DNA from: Candidatus Woesearchaeota archaeon
GTDB lineage: Archaea; Nanobdellota; Nanobdellia; Pacearchaeales; GW2011-AR1
Direction of reading: 5' to 3'
Assembly (NCBI GenBank): GCA_964403535.1
Contig: CAYOFN010000001.1
Span: forward strand, 2,003 to 66,002
DNA: 64,000 bases
The position numbers and the translations under genes are program-made. Of this stretch, positions 26,719-36,780 are shown piece after piece; position 1 is the stretch's first letter, and the number at the start of each line of letters is the position of its first letter. The notes under the pieces were generated by a model. That model did not search any database, had not been told where the DNA came from, and saw only the letters and a list, made by a program, of their open reading frames with translations.

Positions 26719-27596
26719 AATAAACTCGGCCTCCTTGATTTTATCATTCCAAGAAACATTATCTGAACTAAAACAACAAAAACAAACAACCCAATAAAAA
26801 TTAGCTGAGTCATTGTTTTTGGAAGGTTGATCATAGAGGAGATTATTGTGAGAAAGGTTACAGAGAGAGATGGGATAATCACTGAAATCAGCATGTAAAA
26901 CATAATTAAAGGATTCAGCCTATTTCCGTAATTCTGTATTTGTATTAATTGTTCTTCATTTAGAGCCTTTATGCTGTCTTTAATCACAATAGACATATCA
27001 CTTCCTGCCCTCATTCCATTGCTAATTTGCCAGAGAGTTCTTCTGAAAAAAACAGAACTATTTCTTTCTCCAAGATTCTCCAGAACATCTTCCTGAGGTT
27101 CCCCTGCATTTATTCTCTTAACTGCTTTTTTAAACTCCCCGCTTAACTCTCCATAATCTGCTTCTGAAAGATTAGTTAAAATGCTGAACAATGGAATTCC
27201 TGAATTAAGTTGAATTAAAATATCCTCAAGTGCAGGAATAAGATCTTTTTCTATTCTTCTCTGTCTTCTTGAAGTGTATATTTTTGGATAAACCATCTGG
27301 CTAAAAAATACAAAAAAAGAAAATAAAAGAGAAACAACAAATCCATATAAATAAAATAATTTAATGCTTAACAGAGCAAGAATACTGGTTGAGATAACAA
27401 ACAGAATTAAAAAGGAAAAAATAAATGTTCTTTTGACTATCGCAATGTACTCTTCCCTTGAAATTCCAGCATCAATATTTTTAAGTGACTCAGAGAGTGC
27501 AGATTTTTTTTTGTGTTTTATTTTTCCAGCAGAGACCTTAACTTTTCTTTTTAATCTCTCAATATCTGAGAATGTGAAGGGTATGCGGAATTTCAT
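26715..27596 (-). CDS. Type IV pilus platform protein (T2SS F/TadB family)
   Basis: LNSGIPLF...YGELSGEF...INAG...LWQISN.M.AG. Confidence 0.92.
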   Translation of the reverse strand: MKFRIPFTFSDIERLKRKVKVSAGKIKHKKKSALSESLKNIDAGISREEYIAIVKRTFIFSFLILFVISTSILALLSIKLFYLYGFVVSLLFSFFVFFSQMVYPKIYTSRRQRRIEKDLIPALEDILIQLNSGIPLFSILTNLSEADYGELSGEFKKAVKRINAGEPQEDVLENLGERNSSVFFRRTLWQISNGMRAGSDMSIVIKDSIKALNEEQLIQIQNYGNRLNPLIMFYMLISVIIPSLSVTFLTIISSMINLPKTMTQLIFIGLFVFVVLVQIMFLGMIKSRRPSLL

Positions 27597-27598
27597 AT

Positions 27599-29221
27599 TT
27601 ACCTTCCAAGAACTCTTTTTAAGTCATTTTTCCTGATAGCACTCATTAGAGACTCTTTATCATTATAATACAAATTCATAACTCTTCCAAAATCATTTAA
27701 ATCTCTAATCTTATTTTTAATCAGCCAGTCCAGTATTGCTCTTTTTTGTTCCAGGTTTCTGTTTAGCTCTGCTTGTGACATTCCTGTGTTTCTGTTTATG
27801 CTTTCAAAAAATTTAGAACTCTCAGAGTGCCTGATAATCTTGTCTTCTTCAGGAACCCAACGATAAAGAATATTTGCACTTGCACTGTCCTGCTCTGCCT
27901 CGAATTCTGCTACCTGGAATACCCTTCTTATTCCTTTTCTTCTATCTCTAAACATTACAACATTTAAATGAACTGCTTTTAGCAGATTAGGAGGAACATT
28001 TAGAGGAGGATTAGTCAGTCTTGAGATTGTCTCAGCAGCACTATCTGCATGAACTGTTGCATAAACAGAGTGTCCTGTGTGCATTGCTTCAAACAATACT
28101 TCAGCTTCTCTTTGTCTTCTCATTTCTCCAAGAACAATTCTATCAGGTCTCATTCTCAGCGAATTAACAAGCAAGTCCAGCATTGAAACCTCTCCTTTTC
28201 CTTCAGGATTTGCAGATCTTGTGACAAGCGGCGCCCAGTATAAAAATTCAGGCAACATAAGTTCTCTTGTATCTTCTACACTTATAATTCTGTGATTTGG
28301 AGGAATAAAAGGCATCAGAGCATTTAAGAGAGAGGTTTTTCCACTTGCTGTTCCCCCACTTATTAATACATTCATCTCATACTCAACTGCAAGCCAGAGA
28401 AGTGCAGCAACTTCTAAATTGCAGGTACGACTGGTTATTAAGTCAATAATTGTATACGGGTCTCTCGCAAACTTTCTAATAGTTATTGTATTTCCCTTTG
28501 TAGCAATAGGATAAAGAATAGAATTAACTCTATCACCTGTAACAAGATGCGCATCTAATAATGGAGTAAGAACAGTAATCTGTCTTCCAACTCTTCTTGC
28601 AACAATATTTGAGTAGTTTGAAATTTCCTCTTCTTTTGCAATTCTTAAGTTTGTAGAAAGCCATCCATATTTTTTATGGTAAACTCTTATTGGCTCTTTT
28701 GCAGAAGGAATTACTACTTCCTCGAGATTTACATCATTAACTAAAAATTCTATTTGCCCTAATCCAAGCATATCCTGCATTAATTTTCCAACTAAAAACT
28801 CCTGCATGCTCTTCTGAAGGCTAGGAAGCTTTTCTTTAAGCAACGTCGCTGCTTTCTGCATAAATCTTTTTTTAATCTCCTGAAAAGCCGAAGGGTCAGT
28901 CATCTCCTTCATGCTGATTGTTGTTACAGAAACAAGTTCATTTCTAACCTCACTTAAAAGAGCACCTGTAGCTGCACCAATCTCAGGGACATTTACACTG
29001 TATATCACCCCCAACTCCTCTCTTTTAATCTCAACATCTACTACTGCTCCATCAACTCCAATTTTGTATTTTTCAAGAAGTCCTTTTTTAATTGGAGCCT
29101 CTACTCTTTTCTCAGTCTTCTTTGAGATTTTTTCTTTTGTATTTTCAGTTCTCACAGATTTTACTTTTAAAACCCTTTTAACACTATACTCTTTTTTCTT
29201 AACCTTCTTTTTCTTTTTCAT
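27599..29221 (-). CDS. Type IV pilus assembly ATPase (CpaF/VirB11/ArlI family)
   Basis: ITIRKF, GGTASGKTS, EDTREL, LRMRPDRIVLGE, MHTGH...TVHA. Confidence 0.96.
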   Translation of the reverse strand: MKKKKKVKKKEYSVKRVLKVKSVRTENTKEKISKKTEKRVEAPIKKGLLEKYKIGVDGAVVDVEIKREELGVIYSVNVPEIGAATGALLSEVRNELVSVTTISMKEMTDPSAFQEIKKRFMQKAATLLKEKLPSLQKSMQEFLVGKLMQDMLGLGQIEFLVNDVNLEEVVIPSAKEPIRVYHKKYGWLSTNLRIAKEEEISNYSNIVARRVGRQITVLTPLLDAHLVTGDRVNSILYPIATKGNTITIRKFARDPYTIIDLITSRTCNLEVAALLWLAVEYEMNVLISGGTASGKTSLLNALMPFIPPNHRIISVEDTRELMLPEFLYWAPLVTRSANPEGKGEVSMLDLLVNSLRMRPDRIVLGEMRRQREAEVLFEAMHTGHSVYATVHADSAAETISRLTNPPLNVPPNLLKAVHLNVVMFRDRRKGIRRVFQVAEFEAEQDSASANILYRWVPEEDKIIRHSESSKFFESINRNTGMSQAELNRNLEQKRAILDWLIKNKIRDLNDFGRVMNLYYNDKESLMSAIRKNDLKRVLGR

Positions 29222-29233
29222 TTATCCTCTTTT

Positions 29234-29779
29234 TTATTTTGCAGATATTTTGAGAACAGGCTCCCCTCCAAATCCAGGATACTCTATTGTTGCAAGATTG
29301 CTCGATTCAAGCATCTTTGCCCAGTTTAGTGCAGTGTCTTTCTTAACCTTGAATGTTTTTGCAATTGTTGAGACTCTTACTTGTTTTTTACTCTCCAAAA
29401 TTTTATACAATACATCTAAATCAGTCCCTTTTTGAGATACTTTGTTAATATCAATTCCTTCTAATTCTTTTTTTCTGCTTTTAACTCCCTTATCTCTGAC
29501 AGATATAACCAAAAGCAAAACTAATACTACCCCCCACTGAACTATAAGGAAAACTCTTGCAGTAAAAGATATCTCTTGATATGCTTTAATAAACGTATCT
29601 CCTACTGAAAATCCAGTTATCCCTCCAGATAACCCTCCAAACTTAAAAGCATATCCCCCAAGATTTATAATAAACAAAAATGCTGATACAAACAAGACTC
29701 TTAAAAAAAGTGTTTTTTCTCCTCTTCTTTTAACAGGTTTCTCTTTAAGTTCTATCTTCCCTCTTTTTTTATCAATCAT
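29234..29779 (-). CDS. 2-TM protein with C-terminal HTH-like domain, first gene of the pilus operon
   Basis: TDLDVLY..L......VS.IA..F......WAKMLE pattern after two TMs. Confidence 0.7.
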   Translation of the reverse strand: MIDKKRGKIELKEKPVKRRGEKTLFLRVLFVSAFLFIINLGGYAFKFGGLSGGITGFSVGDTFIKAYQEISFTARVFLIVQWGVVLVLLLVISVRDKGVKSRKKELEGIDINKVSQKGTDLDVLYKILESKKQVRVSTIAKTFKVKKDTALNWAKMLESSNLATIEYPGFGGEPVLKISAK

Positions 29780-29870
29780 CTTTTATAAAAATGTTTAAAT
29801 ATCTTATTTATTATGTATATACACCGTGGATTTATTTTATAAATCTTGCTAAAAAAGAGAAAAACATAAT

Positions 29871-30287
29871 ATGGCTCATTTTAAAAAATCTCAGATAAGT
29901 TCAGAGTATTTGGTTATAATCGGATTTGTCACTTTTGTCATAATTGGAATCCTTGGAATAGCATTTTTTTATACAGGAGCTATAAAAGACAGAATGAGAA
30001 TCAATCAAATAACCAATTTTGCCAGTAAAATCATCTCCACATCTGAATCATTGTTCTATTCAGGCAAGCCTTCAAAAGCAACTGTCTCTGCATATCTTCC
30101 TGATGGAATAACTGGAATTCAAATTGCAGAACAAAGCTTAATTTTCACTGTCTATACAAGTTCAGGAGAGAATAAAATTAGTTTTCCAAGTAAGGTTCCT
30201 ATAACTGGAAATATTATAGGCACCCAGGGAGTAAAGAAGATTACTATAGAAGCTCAGGAGAGCGCAGTTTCAATAAGTCCTGCTTAA
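29871..30287 (+). CDS. Pilin-like protein (class III signal peptide)
   Basis: KKS|QISSEYLVIIG followed by a hydrophobic helix. Confidence 0.85.
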   Translation: MAHFKKSQISSEYLVIIGFVTFVIIGILGIAFFYTGAIKDRMRINQITNFASKIISTSESLFYSGKPSKATVSAYLPDGITGIQIAEQSLIFTVYTSSGENKISFPSKVPITGNIIGTQGVKKITIEAQESAVSISPA

Positions 30288-30288
30288 A

Positions 30289-30702
30289 ATGGGAAAATCA
30301 AAAAAGAGGGGGAAAAATAAAAATGCACAATCTTCAATCGAATTTCTCATTATTATTGGGTTTGTCTTATTTTTCTTTATAATATTTTTTGTAGCAATTC
30401 AGGAAAAAATAGTTGAGGAAACAAAGCAAAATCAAGAATTATCAGTAAAAGAAATTGCAATTACAGTCCAAAATGAAATCAATCTTGCGCTTATCTCAAG
30501 TGACGGATACACCCGCGAATTTAAGATTCCAATGAATCTTGGAAATAAAAATTACAGCATTAATATAACTGAAGACATGGTTTATGTAAAAACAATAGAT
30601 AACAAGAGTGCAATTGCTTTGCCTGTCGCAAAACTCACAGGAAACATTCAGAAAGGAACAAACACAATTAAAAAACAAAACAATGAAATTCTTCTAAACT
30701 AA
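30289..30702 (+). CDS. Pilin-like protein (class III signal peptide)
   Basis: KNA|QSSIEFLIIIG. Confidence 0.85.
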   Translation: MGKSKKRGKNKNAQSSIEFLIIIGFVLFFFIIFFVAIQEKIVEETKQNQELSVKEIAITVQNEINLALISSDGYTREFKIPMNLGNKNYSINITEDMVYVKTIDNKSAIALPVAKLTGNIQKGTNTIKKQNNEILLN

Positions 30703-30704
30703 AA

Positions 30705-31205
30705 ATGAAAAATAAAAATGCACAAGCCTGGGGAATTGATTTGATAATTGCAGGATTTATCTTTACTATAGGGATCACCTCATTTTACCTTTATACTATT
30801 AATTATACTGCAGACTCAGAAGAAGTAATAGAAACTCTAAGGTACGAAGGAAATATTATTGCAGACATAATTCTCTCAGAAGGATATCCAAAAAACTGGA
30901 CTTTAATTAATGTAGTCTCTCCAGGAATTCTGTCAGAGAATAAAATAAACGAGACAAAACTACAGAACTTCTATACTCTCACTATTTCAGATTATCCTAA
31001 AACAAAAACCTTGTTTAATACAAGATATGACTACCTCCTGCTCTTTAATGAAAATCTTACTATCGGCGCAAATGAAATAAATAAGATAGGAAAACCAGGA
31101 GTTAGTCCAGGAACTATTTCTTCTGAAAATCTCATAAAAATAACCCGTTTTACAATATACAAAAACACTCCAATAACAGTCAATCTTTATATCTGGGAAA
31201 AATGA
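30705..31205 (+). CDS. Minor pilin-like protein
   Basis: KNA|QAWGIDLIIAG; SEGYPKNW. Confidence 0.8.
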   Translation: MKNKNAQAWGIDLIIAGFIFTIGITSFYLYTINYTADSEEVIETLRYEGNIIADIILSEGYPKNWTLINVVSPGILSENKINETKLQNFYTLTISDYPKTKTLFNTRYDYLLLFNENLTIGANEINKIGKPGVSPGTISSENLIKITRFTIYKNTPITVNLYIWEK

Positions 31206-33082
31206 AAACAAAAAAAGCAATTTTTTTTAGCACAGACGCACTAATAGCCCTGCTCATAATCTTCTTAAGCATACTGATAATTTATCCGATCATAAAGTAC
31301 TCAGATTACAAGACAAACTTAAATGAAGATGTACTCACTGTTCTTTCGAGTTTAAAAGTAGGAGAAGTAAATAATTCTTATATTCAAAATTTAATTTCTT
31401 TAAAAGAAATAACTGATTTGAACAAATCTATCCTCGAGCAAATAGGAGATTTTTATGTAACTAATTTAACAAGAGCTAAGGAAATGACAAAATCAATTCT
31501 TCTTACTCTTAATACAACAGAGAATATCGGAGTATGGTATGGTGAGGATTTGCTCGCTTCTGTAAACTCATCACCTTATGAGACAGCTACAGATATAGAA
31601 GTAGAGAGGCAAATTATCAGTGGTATAGAAAAAGGAAAATCTTCAAAAGGTTTTGTGTCTAAAGCATGGCTTAGAAAAGTTTCAAAAAAAAAGAATATTT
31701 TGTTCATAAAAGGAGATTTAATGTGTGGAGGATGGAAATCTTATTCTTGGGGGGATTATTGCGGAACTAGCGAGGCTACAGCAGTTTATAATGTAAACTT
31801 TCCAACAAATGCAACTATCAAAAATGCTTTTTGGTTAATTGAAGGTGCCTGGACTCCTCAATTCTCAAGAGCATATGTAAATGGAGTAGAAGTGTATAGT
31901 GGAAGTGTAGACCATTATACTAATGTAGACATAACTTCTTTTCTTCATCCTGGAAATAACACAGCAACACTCTACGGTGCAATTGGAGTAGAAGATGGAG
32001 CTTCTCACATTATTGTAGAGTATGAAACTCCAGATATGCAGACTTATCACTCTCAAACTAAGTTTTACCTAAACAAACTCACAGCAACCTCTGTCCTTCA
32101 TCAAGAAAAATCAATAATACTCCCTTCAGACATCTCATTAATTAATGCAACAATAAATACAACTTCAGATGTAACTCTATCATTTAGAAAAGGAATTAAG
32201 AGTTTTGAAATAGGAAAAAAATCACCTGTAAATAATATTGTTACTTTCTCAGATGCAGAAATAAAAAATGCTTTAAACTCAAATGGAATCTCTTATTCAG
32301 ATTTAAACAGCGAATACTTTTTTTTAACTCTTGATATTGGGAAAGACACTCCTGGGCAGGTTATTACACTTGAAGGAGAGTCTTTTTTTTACATAAACTC
32401 TTCTAAAATAATTATGCCCTATGGAACAATTGATATAACTCAGGAAATTCCTCTAACAAACTCCTCTAATCATGTGGTCCACACTTTTTACAGAAATTTG
32501 GAGTGGCAATTTCATCTTCCTATCAGTTCAACACCTATCCTTGCAGACTGGCAGTTTGGATGGTTTATTGAATTAGGAGTTTCAGAGCAAAAGGTAACAG
32601 CTAATGGTATTGTTCTTTATGATTCTCCGCCTGATGCTTTTATTCCTGCTTTTAGTAGATTTGGCTATTCTCCCTCAAGAGCCCAAGGAGTATTTCAGGA
32701 AGGACAGAATAATTTTACCCTTGACTTTGGAAATACTTACAGTGTCTCAAATGAATCTTCTTACGGACATCTGATTTATTTTATCAAGAGCTATGTAAAT
32801 TATGGAGATGCAAAAGAAAAAGCGCAAGGAGGAACAAGAGTTCTGGAATTTGAAGATGGTTCAGTCCAAACTTTTAGAGTTGGAAATTTTTCAGATGTAT
32901 GGGACCCTGATGTTGATGCAGTAGATGATGCTGTAGAGCGTCTCTTTTCTCAGTTAGATGCAGATAAAGATAATAAACTTGACTTAGTATTTAATGCAGA
33001 CTCATTTAGCATTGAAAGCATGGACATTTCTGGAGTTCCATACATTTGGAACACTGAAGTTCAAGCAAGAAGATGGATATAA
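31202..33082 (+). CDS. Large minor pilin / putative tip adhesin
   Basis: KKA|IFFSTDALIAL; long beta-rich region with many N-x-S/T sites. Confidence 0.75.
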   Translation: MKTKKAIFFSTDALIALLIIFLSILIIYPIIKYSDYKTNLNEDVLTVLSSLKVGEVNNSYIQNLISLKEITDLNKSILEQIGDFYVTNLTRAKEMTKSILLTLNTTENIGVWYGEDLLASVNSSPYETATDIEVERQIISGIEKGKSSKGFVSKAWLRKVSKKKNILFIKGDLMCGGWKSYSWGDYCGTSEATAVYNVNFPTNATIKNAFWLIEGAWTPQFSRAYVNGVEVYSGSVDHYTNVDITSFLHPGNNTATLYGAIGVEDGASHIIVEYETPDMQTYHSQTKFYLNKLTATSVLHQEKSIILPSDISLINATINTTSDVTLSFRKGIKSFEIGKKSPVNNIVTFSDAEIKNALNSNGISYSDLNSEYFFLTLDIGKDTPGQVITLEGESFFYINSSKIIMPYGTIDITQEIPLTNSSNHVVHTFYRNLEWQFHLPISSTPILADWQFGWFIELGVSEQKVTANGIVLYDSPPDAFIPAFSRFGYSPSRAQGVFQEGQNNFTLDFGNTYSVSNESSYGHLIYFIKSYVNYGDAKEKAQGGTRVLEFEDGSVQTFRVGNFSDVWDPDVDAVDDAVERLFSQLDADKDNKLDLVFNADSFSIESMDISGVPYIWNTEVQARRWI

Positions 33083-33110
33083 AAAACAAATAAAAAACAA
33101 GATTATATTC

Positions 33111-33440
33111 CTACTTCCCTATATCTGATTTAGCTGCTTCAGTTATAAGGTTTTTTCTTTCATCTTTAGTTATTAGTCCTTGCAAAAGAAAATATTTAGA
33201 GGTATGAGATACGCAACTAACATACTCCCCATGATTTCTTAAGTTTTCAGAGCATATCTGAACAACAGAGCACCCATCTGAGTTTACAACATCTCCACTC
33301 TCTGTGTTCATGCACAAATCATCAACATCTAAAATTCCATCATTATCACTATCTGTTGGAGCAGGTGGTGCAGCTGAAATACCCACACTTAAAATCAATA
33401 AAGACAGAACAACTGAAAGCACTATAAATATACTTTTCAT
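33111..33440 (-). CDS. Small secreted thrombospondin type-3 repeat (Ca-binding) protein
   Basis: Signal peptide; DSDNDGILDVDDLC...VNSDGC; NHGEYVSCV. Confidence 0.75.
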   Translation of the reverse strand: MKSIFIVLSVVLSLLILSVGISAAPPAPTDSDNDGILDVDDLCMNTESGDVVNSDGCSVVQICSENLRNHGEYVSCVSHTSKYFLLQGLITKDERKNLITEAAKSDIGK

Positions 33441-33512
33441 TTTACCCTCCTTTTAAAAATAACAGATAAGAAGATATTTAAGGTTTTATATATTCAGATA
33501 TATACAACTAAC

Positions 33513-34433
33513 ATGAAAAATAAAAGAGGGATGTTCTTTACTCTACTAGTAATAGCCTTGCTCGCCTTATTTCTTGTTACTTATTCTTCTTTTCATCTTA
33601 TTGAGGAAAGAAAAGCAACTAACAAGAGAGTAGAGAGCATGAACAGTTTTATCTTCTCTCTTGAACAAGACATTTCAAGACAGATTTATATCTCCAGCTA
33701 TCGGGCTCTTCTCTCTCTTCAATACTCCTTAACAACAAAAGAAGAATTTTTAGATGATTCAAGAGCATCAATCAAAGAAGCTCTGCTAAACGGAACAATT
33801 GAAGGGGAAAACATAAGTTTAATGGAGGGTTATAGAATTCAGGACTGGAGCTCAAGAATTTCAGAGTTTGGAAATAAAACAAATCTTCAGATTGATTACT
33901 CGATTCTAAATATAAGTGTAACTCAGGAAGACCCCTGGAATATTAAAATTGACCTGTCTCTAAGAATGTTAATTAAGGACAATTCTAATCTAGCTTCTTG
34001 GAACAGGACTCAGAATATCTCTTCAAAAATTGAGATAATTGGATTTGAAGACCCCCTTTATATTATTTACACTAGAGGAATCTTTTCAAATAAAATAAAC
34101 AAAACAATTTACTCTCCATTTGTAGACGGAACAAATGTACAAAATCTTACTTTTCATTCAACACACTCTTATTACATTGCTTCTCCTGATGCCCCAAGTT
34201 ACCTTGATAGGCTTGAAGGAAAAACTTCAGCAAATCCAAATGGGGTAGAGTCTCTTGTTTATTTTCCAGTACTCTCCTCAAAAGGAATAAATGTGGAAGA
34301 TAAATCCTGTGTAGACCATATTTATTTTTCTTCAAATAACCCTTCTGCCCATAGAATAACTGGAATGCCTGTTTGGTTTAAGATTGATGATGCTCATCTT
34401 GCTTTGTATAATGTTACTGCTCTTTCAATCTAA
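33513..34433 (+). CDS. Minor pilin-like protein
   Basis: KRG|MFFTLLVIALL class III-type signal; GFEDPLY, PSYLDRLEG. Confidence 0.78.
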   Translation: MKNKRGMFFTLLVIALLALFLVTYSSFHLIEERKATNKRVESMNSFIFSLEQDISRQIYISSYRALLSLQYSLTTKEEFLDDSRASIKEALLNGTIEGENISLMEGYRIQDWSSRISEFGNKTNLQIDYSILNISVTQEDPWNIKIDLSLRMLIKDNSNLASWNRTQNISSKIEIIGFEDPLYIIYTRGIFSNKINKTIYSPFVDGTNVQNLTFHSTHSYYIASPDAPSYLDRLEGKTSANPNGVESLVYFPVLSSKGINVEDKSCVDHIYFSSNNPSAHRITGMPVWFKIDDAHLALYNVTALSI

Positions 34434-35017
34434 TTAGAAACTATTCCTCCAACAATTCCACCAATCTCTACTTTGATCTCTCCCTCAAGAATGTAAGTAA
34501 CGAAAACATCTTCATAAAACTCTTCTTTTCCAGAATTATCACACTCAAAAACAAAATTCTCCTCTTCATCATTCTCTATTATCTCCTGCACTTCTGGAGT
34601 ACACCCTCCAAGTTTCATCTTCACACTCATACTCTCCCCTAACTGATTTCTAATCTTTAGAGAAACACTCTCATTTTTAATATAATTTACAAAACAGGTA
34701 ATATGCGGAAGATTTCCTGGGCGGATTAATACACAATAATCTTCTTCATTCACTTTCTCACTCTCTGCACCAGGTTCACTGATTACTCCACTTCCTCCGC
34801 CTCCACTGCTCCCTCCAGAACTTCCTCCAGTTCCTTCAGAGATGACTCCACCAGAGATTAAATTATCCCCACCCTCAAGGTTTTCTGTAGTCTCGGTTTT
34901 CAAAACGTTCTCATTTGTCCCTCTCTCACTATTTTTTGGAGAGTAAATAAATGCAACTCCAAAAAGAAATATCAAAATAACAGTAAAAATTCCAACCAAC
35001 CAAAAAGCTCTCCCCAT
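34430..35017 (-). CDS. Membrane-anchored protein with a Gly/Ser linker and small beta domain
   Basis: N-terminal TM, GGSSGGSSGGGGSG linker, 4 Cys. Confidence 0.7.
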   Translation of the reverse strand: MGRAFWLVGIFTVILIFLFGVAFIYSPKNSERGTNENVLKTETTENLEGGDNLISGGVISEGTGGSSGGSSGGGGSGVISEPGAESEKVNEEDYCVLIRPGNLPHITCFVNYIKNESVSLKIRNQLGESMSVKMKLGGCTPEVQEIIENDEEENFVFECDNSGKEEFYEDVFVTYILEGEIKVEIGGIVGGIVSN

Positions 35018-35309
35018 TTTTTTATTCTTATTAATTTACTCTGGATTAATTAAGATCTCAAGCATATAAAAACTTATTCTTACTCTTAATCTAACCCTTA
35101 AAATTAATACTTTTAATTCTCCCCCTCCTAAGACAGTTTCTTGATTAATAATTAATAAATCTTGTTTAAATTAAGCATTCTAGAAACTCTTATGGTTTAA
35201 CAAGCAATTAATCCCATTGACTATAAAAATAAAATCGAGTATAGAAATCTTTATAAAGAACTTAATCCTCGAGTATATTATTATAAAACAAAATTCAAAA
35301 GGAGGTAAA

Positions 35310-35750
35310 ATGCAAAGAAAAGGACAAGCAGCTATGGAATTCTTGATGACTTATGGTTGGGCTATTTTAGCAGCAGTAATTGCAATAGGTGTTCTTGCAT
35401 ATTTCGGTGTTTTCTCACCTGGAAAATATGTAACAGGTAATGCTGTTGTAAATCCACCATTTTATATTAATGCTTGGAATGCAAAAGCATCTACAGGTGT
35501 TACACTTGAGCTCAAGAATAATGGCGGAGAAGACTACGAGATTCAGAGTGTTGATATAAGCAATTGCGGATCAGACAGCACAGCAACTTCAATTCCAGCA
35601 GACACGAGCGCAGCTATAACAGTTGCATGCACTACACCACTGCTAGAAGGAGAATCTTTTAAAGGCGATATAACTGTGAGTTATAGAAAAGAAGGTAGCA
35701 CAGTAGACTTGACATCAACAGGAACAGCTGCAGGAAAAGTAGTAGCTTAA
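35310..35750 (+). CDS. Type IV pilin, probable major pilin (start at ATG 35310)
   Basis: MQRKG|QAAMEFLMTYGWAIL; AGGAGGT site; oligo-T terminator downstream. Confidence 0.92.
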   Translation: MQRKGQAAMEFLMTYGWAILAAVIAIGVLAYFGVFSPGKYVTGNAVVNPPFYINAWNAKASTGVTLELKNNGGEDYEIQSVDISNCGSDSTATSIPADTSAAITVACTTPLLEGESFKGDITVSYRKEGSTVDLTSTGTAAGKVVA

Positions 35751-35777
35751 TTTTATTTTTTTATTTTTATTTTTTTT
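35751..35777 (+). terminator. Oligo-T terminator after the pilin
   Basis: TTTTATTTTTTTATTTTTATTTTTTTT. Confidence 0.6.
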
Positions 35778-35801
35778 ATAGTTTTCTTAAGATAGTTTAT
35801 C

Positions 35802-36779
35802 TTAATTTCTAATCATCTTTCTAAATTTTTCTACATATCCAGGAGTATACTGATTCTTTGGAATTGCTCCTTTTGGATTATCTTCATTAGGAAAACTCTC
35901 TGCCCACACTTCTCTCATAACTTCAAAAGTTCTATCTCCAATTATTCCATCTTCAACAAGTCCTGCTCTTTTCTGAAATTCTGATACAATCCTTTTTGTA
36001 GCCTTTCCATTATCTCCATCTGGACTAATCCACTGAGGATAAAATAAATCACTTAACATCTGTTGAGCTCTTGCAGTTCTTGGTGCTAACTGTCCAGAAT
36101 TATATGCAGCAGCAGCAAGTTCAGGAGTTCCATATCTTTCTAAACCTAATTGAAACAATCTGGTTGCATAAGCTTGATTTATTTCAGGAACAAACAATCT
36201 TTCCTGCAAATGTCTCTCTTTTCTTATAGCCTCAATAGTTTTTTCATCTAACTCCCCTATTCTTTTTAATCTATGTTTTCTCTGAATCCTATCAATATAA
36301 ATTGCAGTAGCTCCGTCAATTTTTTCATCTAATCTTACATCCAATTCCTCTCTCTTAATTCTTTTCTTTCCATCTACTACTACTTCCCTCTTAACCTCTA
36401 TTCTTTCACCATATAATTTGATTAAATCCTGCTTTGCTTTAATTAATCCATATTCCTTCTTTGAGAATTCAGCATAATCAGAAATTCTTGGCAAATCTGG
36501 AAATCTTCTTTCTAGAGCAAGTGCAGTCTCAGTAGTCAACTGCCCTAATCCATAACTTGTATCATTAATATGGCTTTCATATCTCTGTTCACTAGGTTTT
36601 CTTCCACTCTCTATTGTGTATATAACTCTCATATAATCATCAAGAGTAAGTTTTTTCTCTTCTGGCTTTCTCTCACATCCAATTACAGATAACAAACTCC
36701 CACAAATTCCTAGACTTATCGCCCCCATCGCTCCTCTACCACATTTTTCTAAAAAATCTCTTCTTGATATTTTTTCCAT
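35802..36779 (-). CDS. Twin-arginine lipoprotein lytic transglycosylase (SLT/GH23-like) with peptidoglycan-binding domain(s)
   Basis: SRRDFL plus VIGC lipobox; TIES catalytic Glu, YGLGQL, AAAYNSG, GYVEK; DGDNGKATKRIVSEFQKRAGLVEDGIIGDRT matches the PG_binding_1 pattern; start at ATG 36779 after GGGGAG. Confidence 0.85.
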   Translation of the reverse strand: MEKISRRDFLEKCGRGAMGAISLGICGSLLSVIGCERKPEEKKLTLDDYMRVIYTIESGRKPSEQRYESHINDTSYGLGQLTTETALALERRFPDLPRISDYAEFSKKEYGLIKAKQDLIKLYGERIEVKREVVVDGKKRIKREELDVRLDEKIDGATAIYIDRIQRKHRLKRIGELDEKTIEAIRKERHLQERLFVPEINQAYATRLFQLGLERYGTPELAAAAYNSGQLAPRTARAQQMLSDLFYPQWISPDGDNGKATKRIVSEFQKRAGLVEDGIIGDRTFEVMREVWAESFPNEDNPKGAIPKNQYTPGYVEKFRKMIRN

Positions 36780-36780
36780 T

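Noticed and set aside
25795..29221. Archaellum (motility) operon
   Set aside because: Two TadB/TadC-like genes instead of a single ArlJ, and no archaellin or ArlF/G genes; it fits an adhesive type IV pilus.
35217..35309. N-terminal extension of the pilin, and likewise the extensions at 50374..50478 and 36780..36827
   Set aside because: Better starts lie downstream at 35310, 50479 and 36779, supported by ribosome-binding sites, signal-peptide position or overlap with the neighbouring gene.
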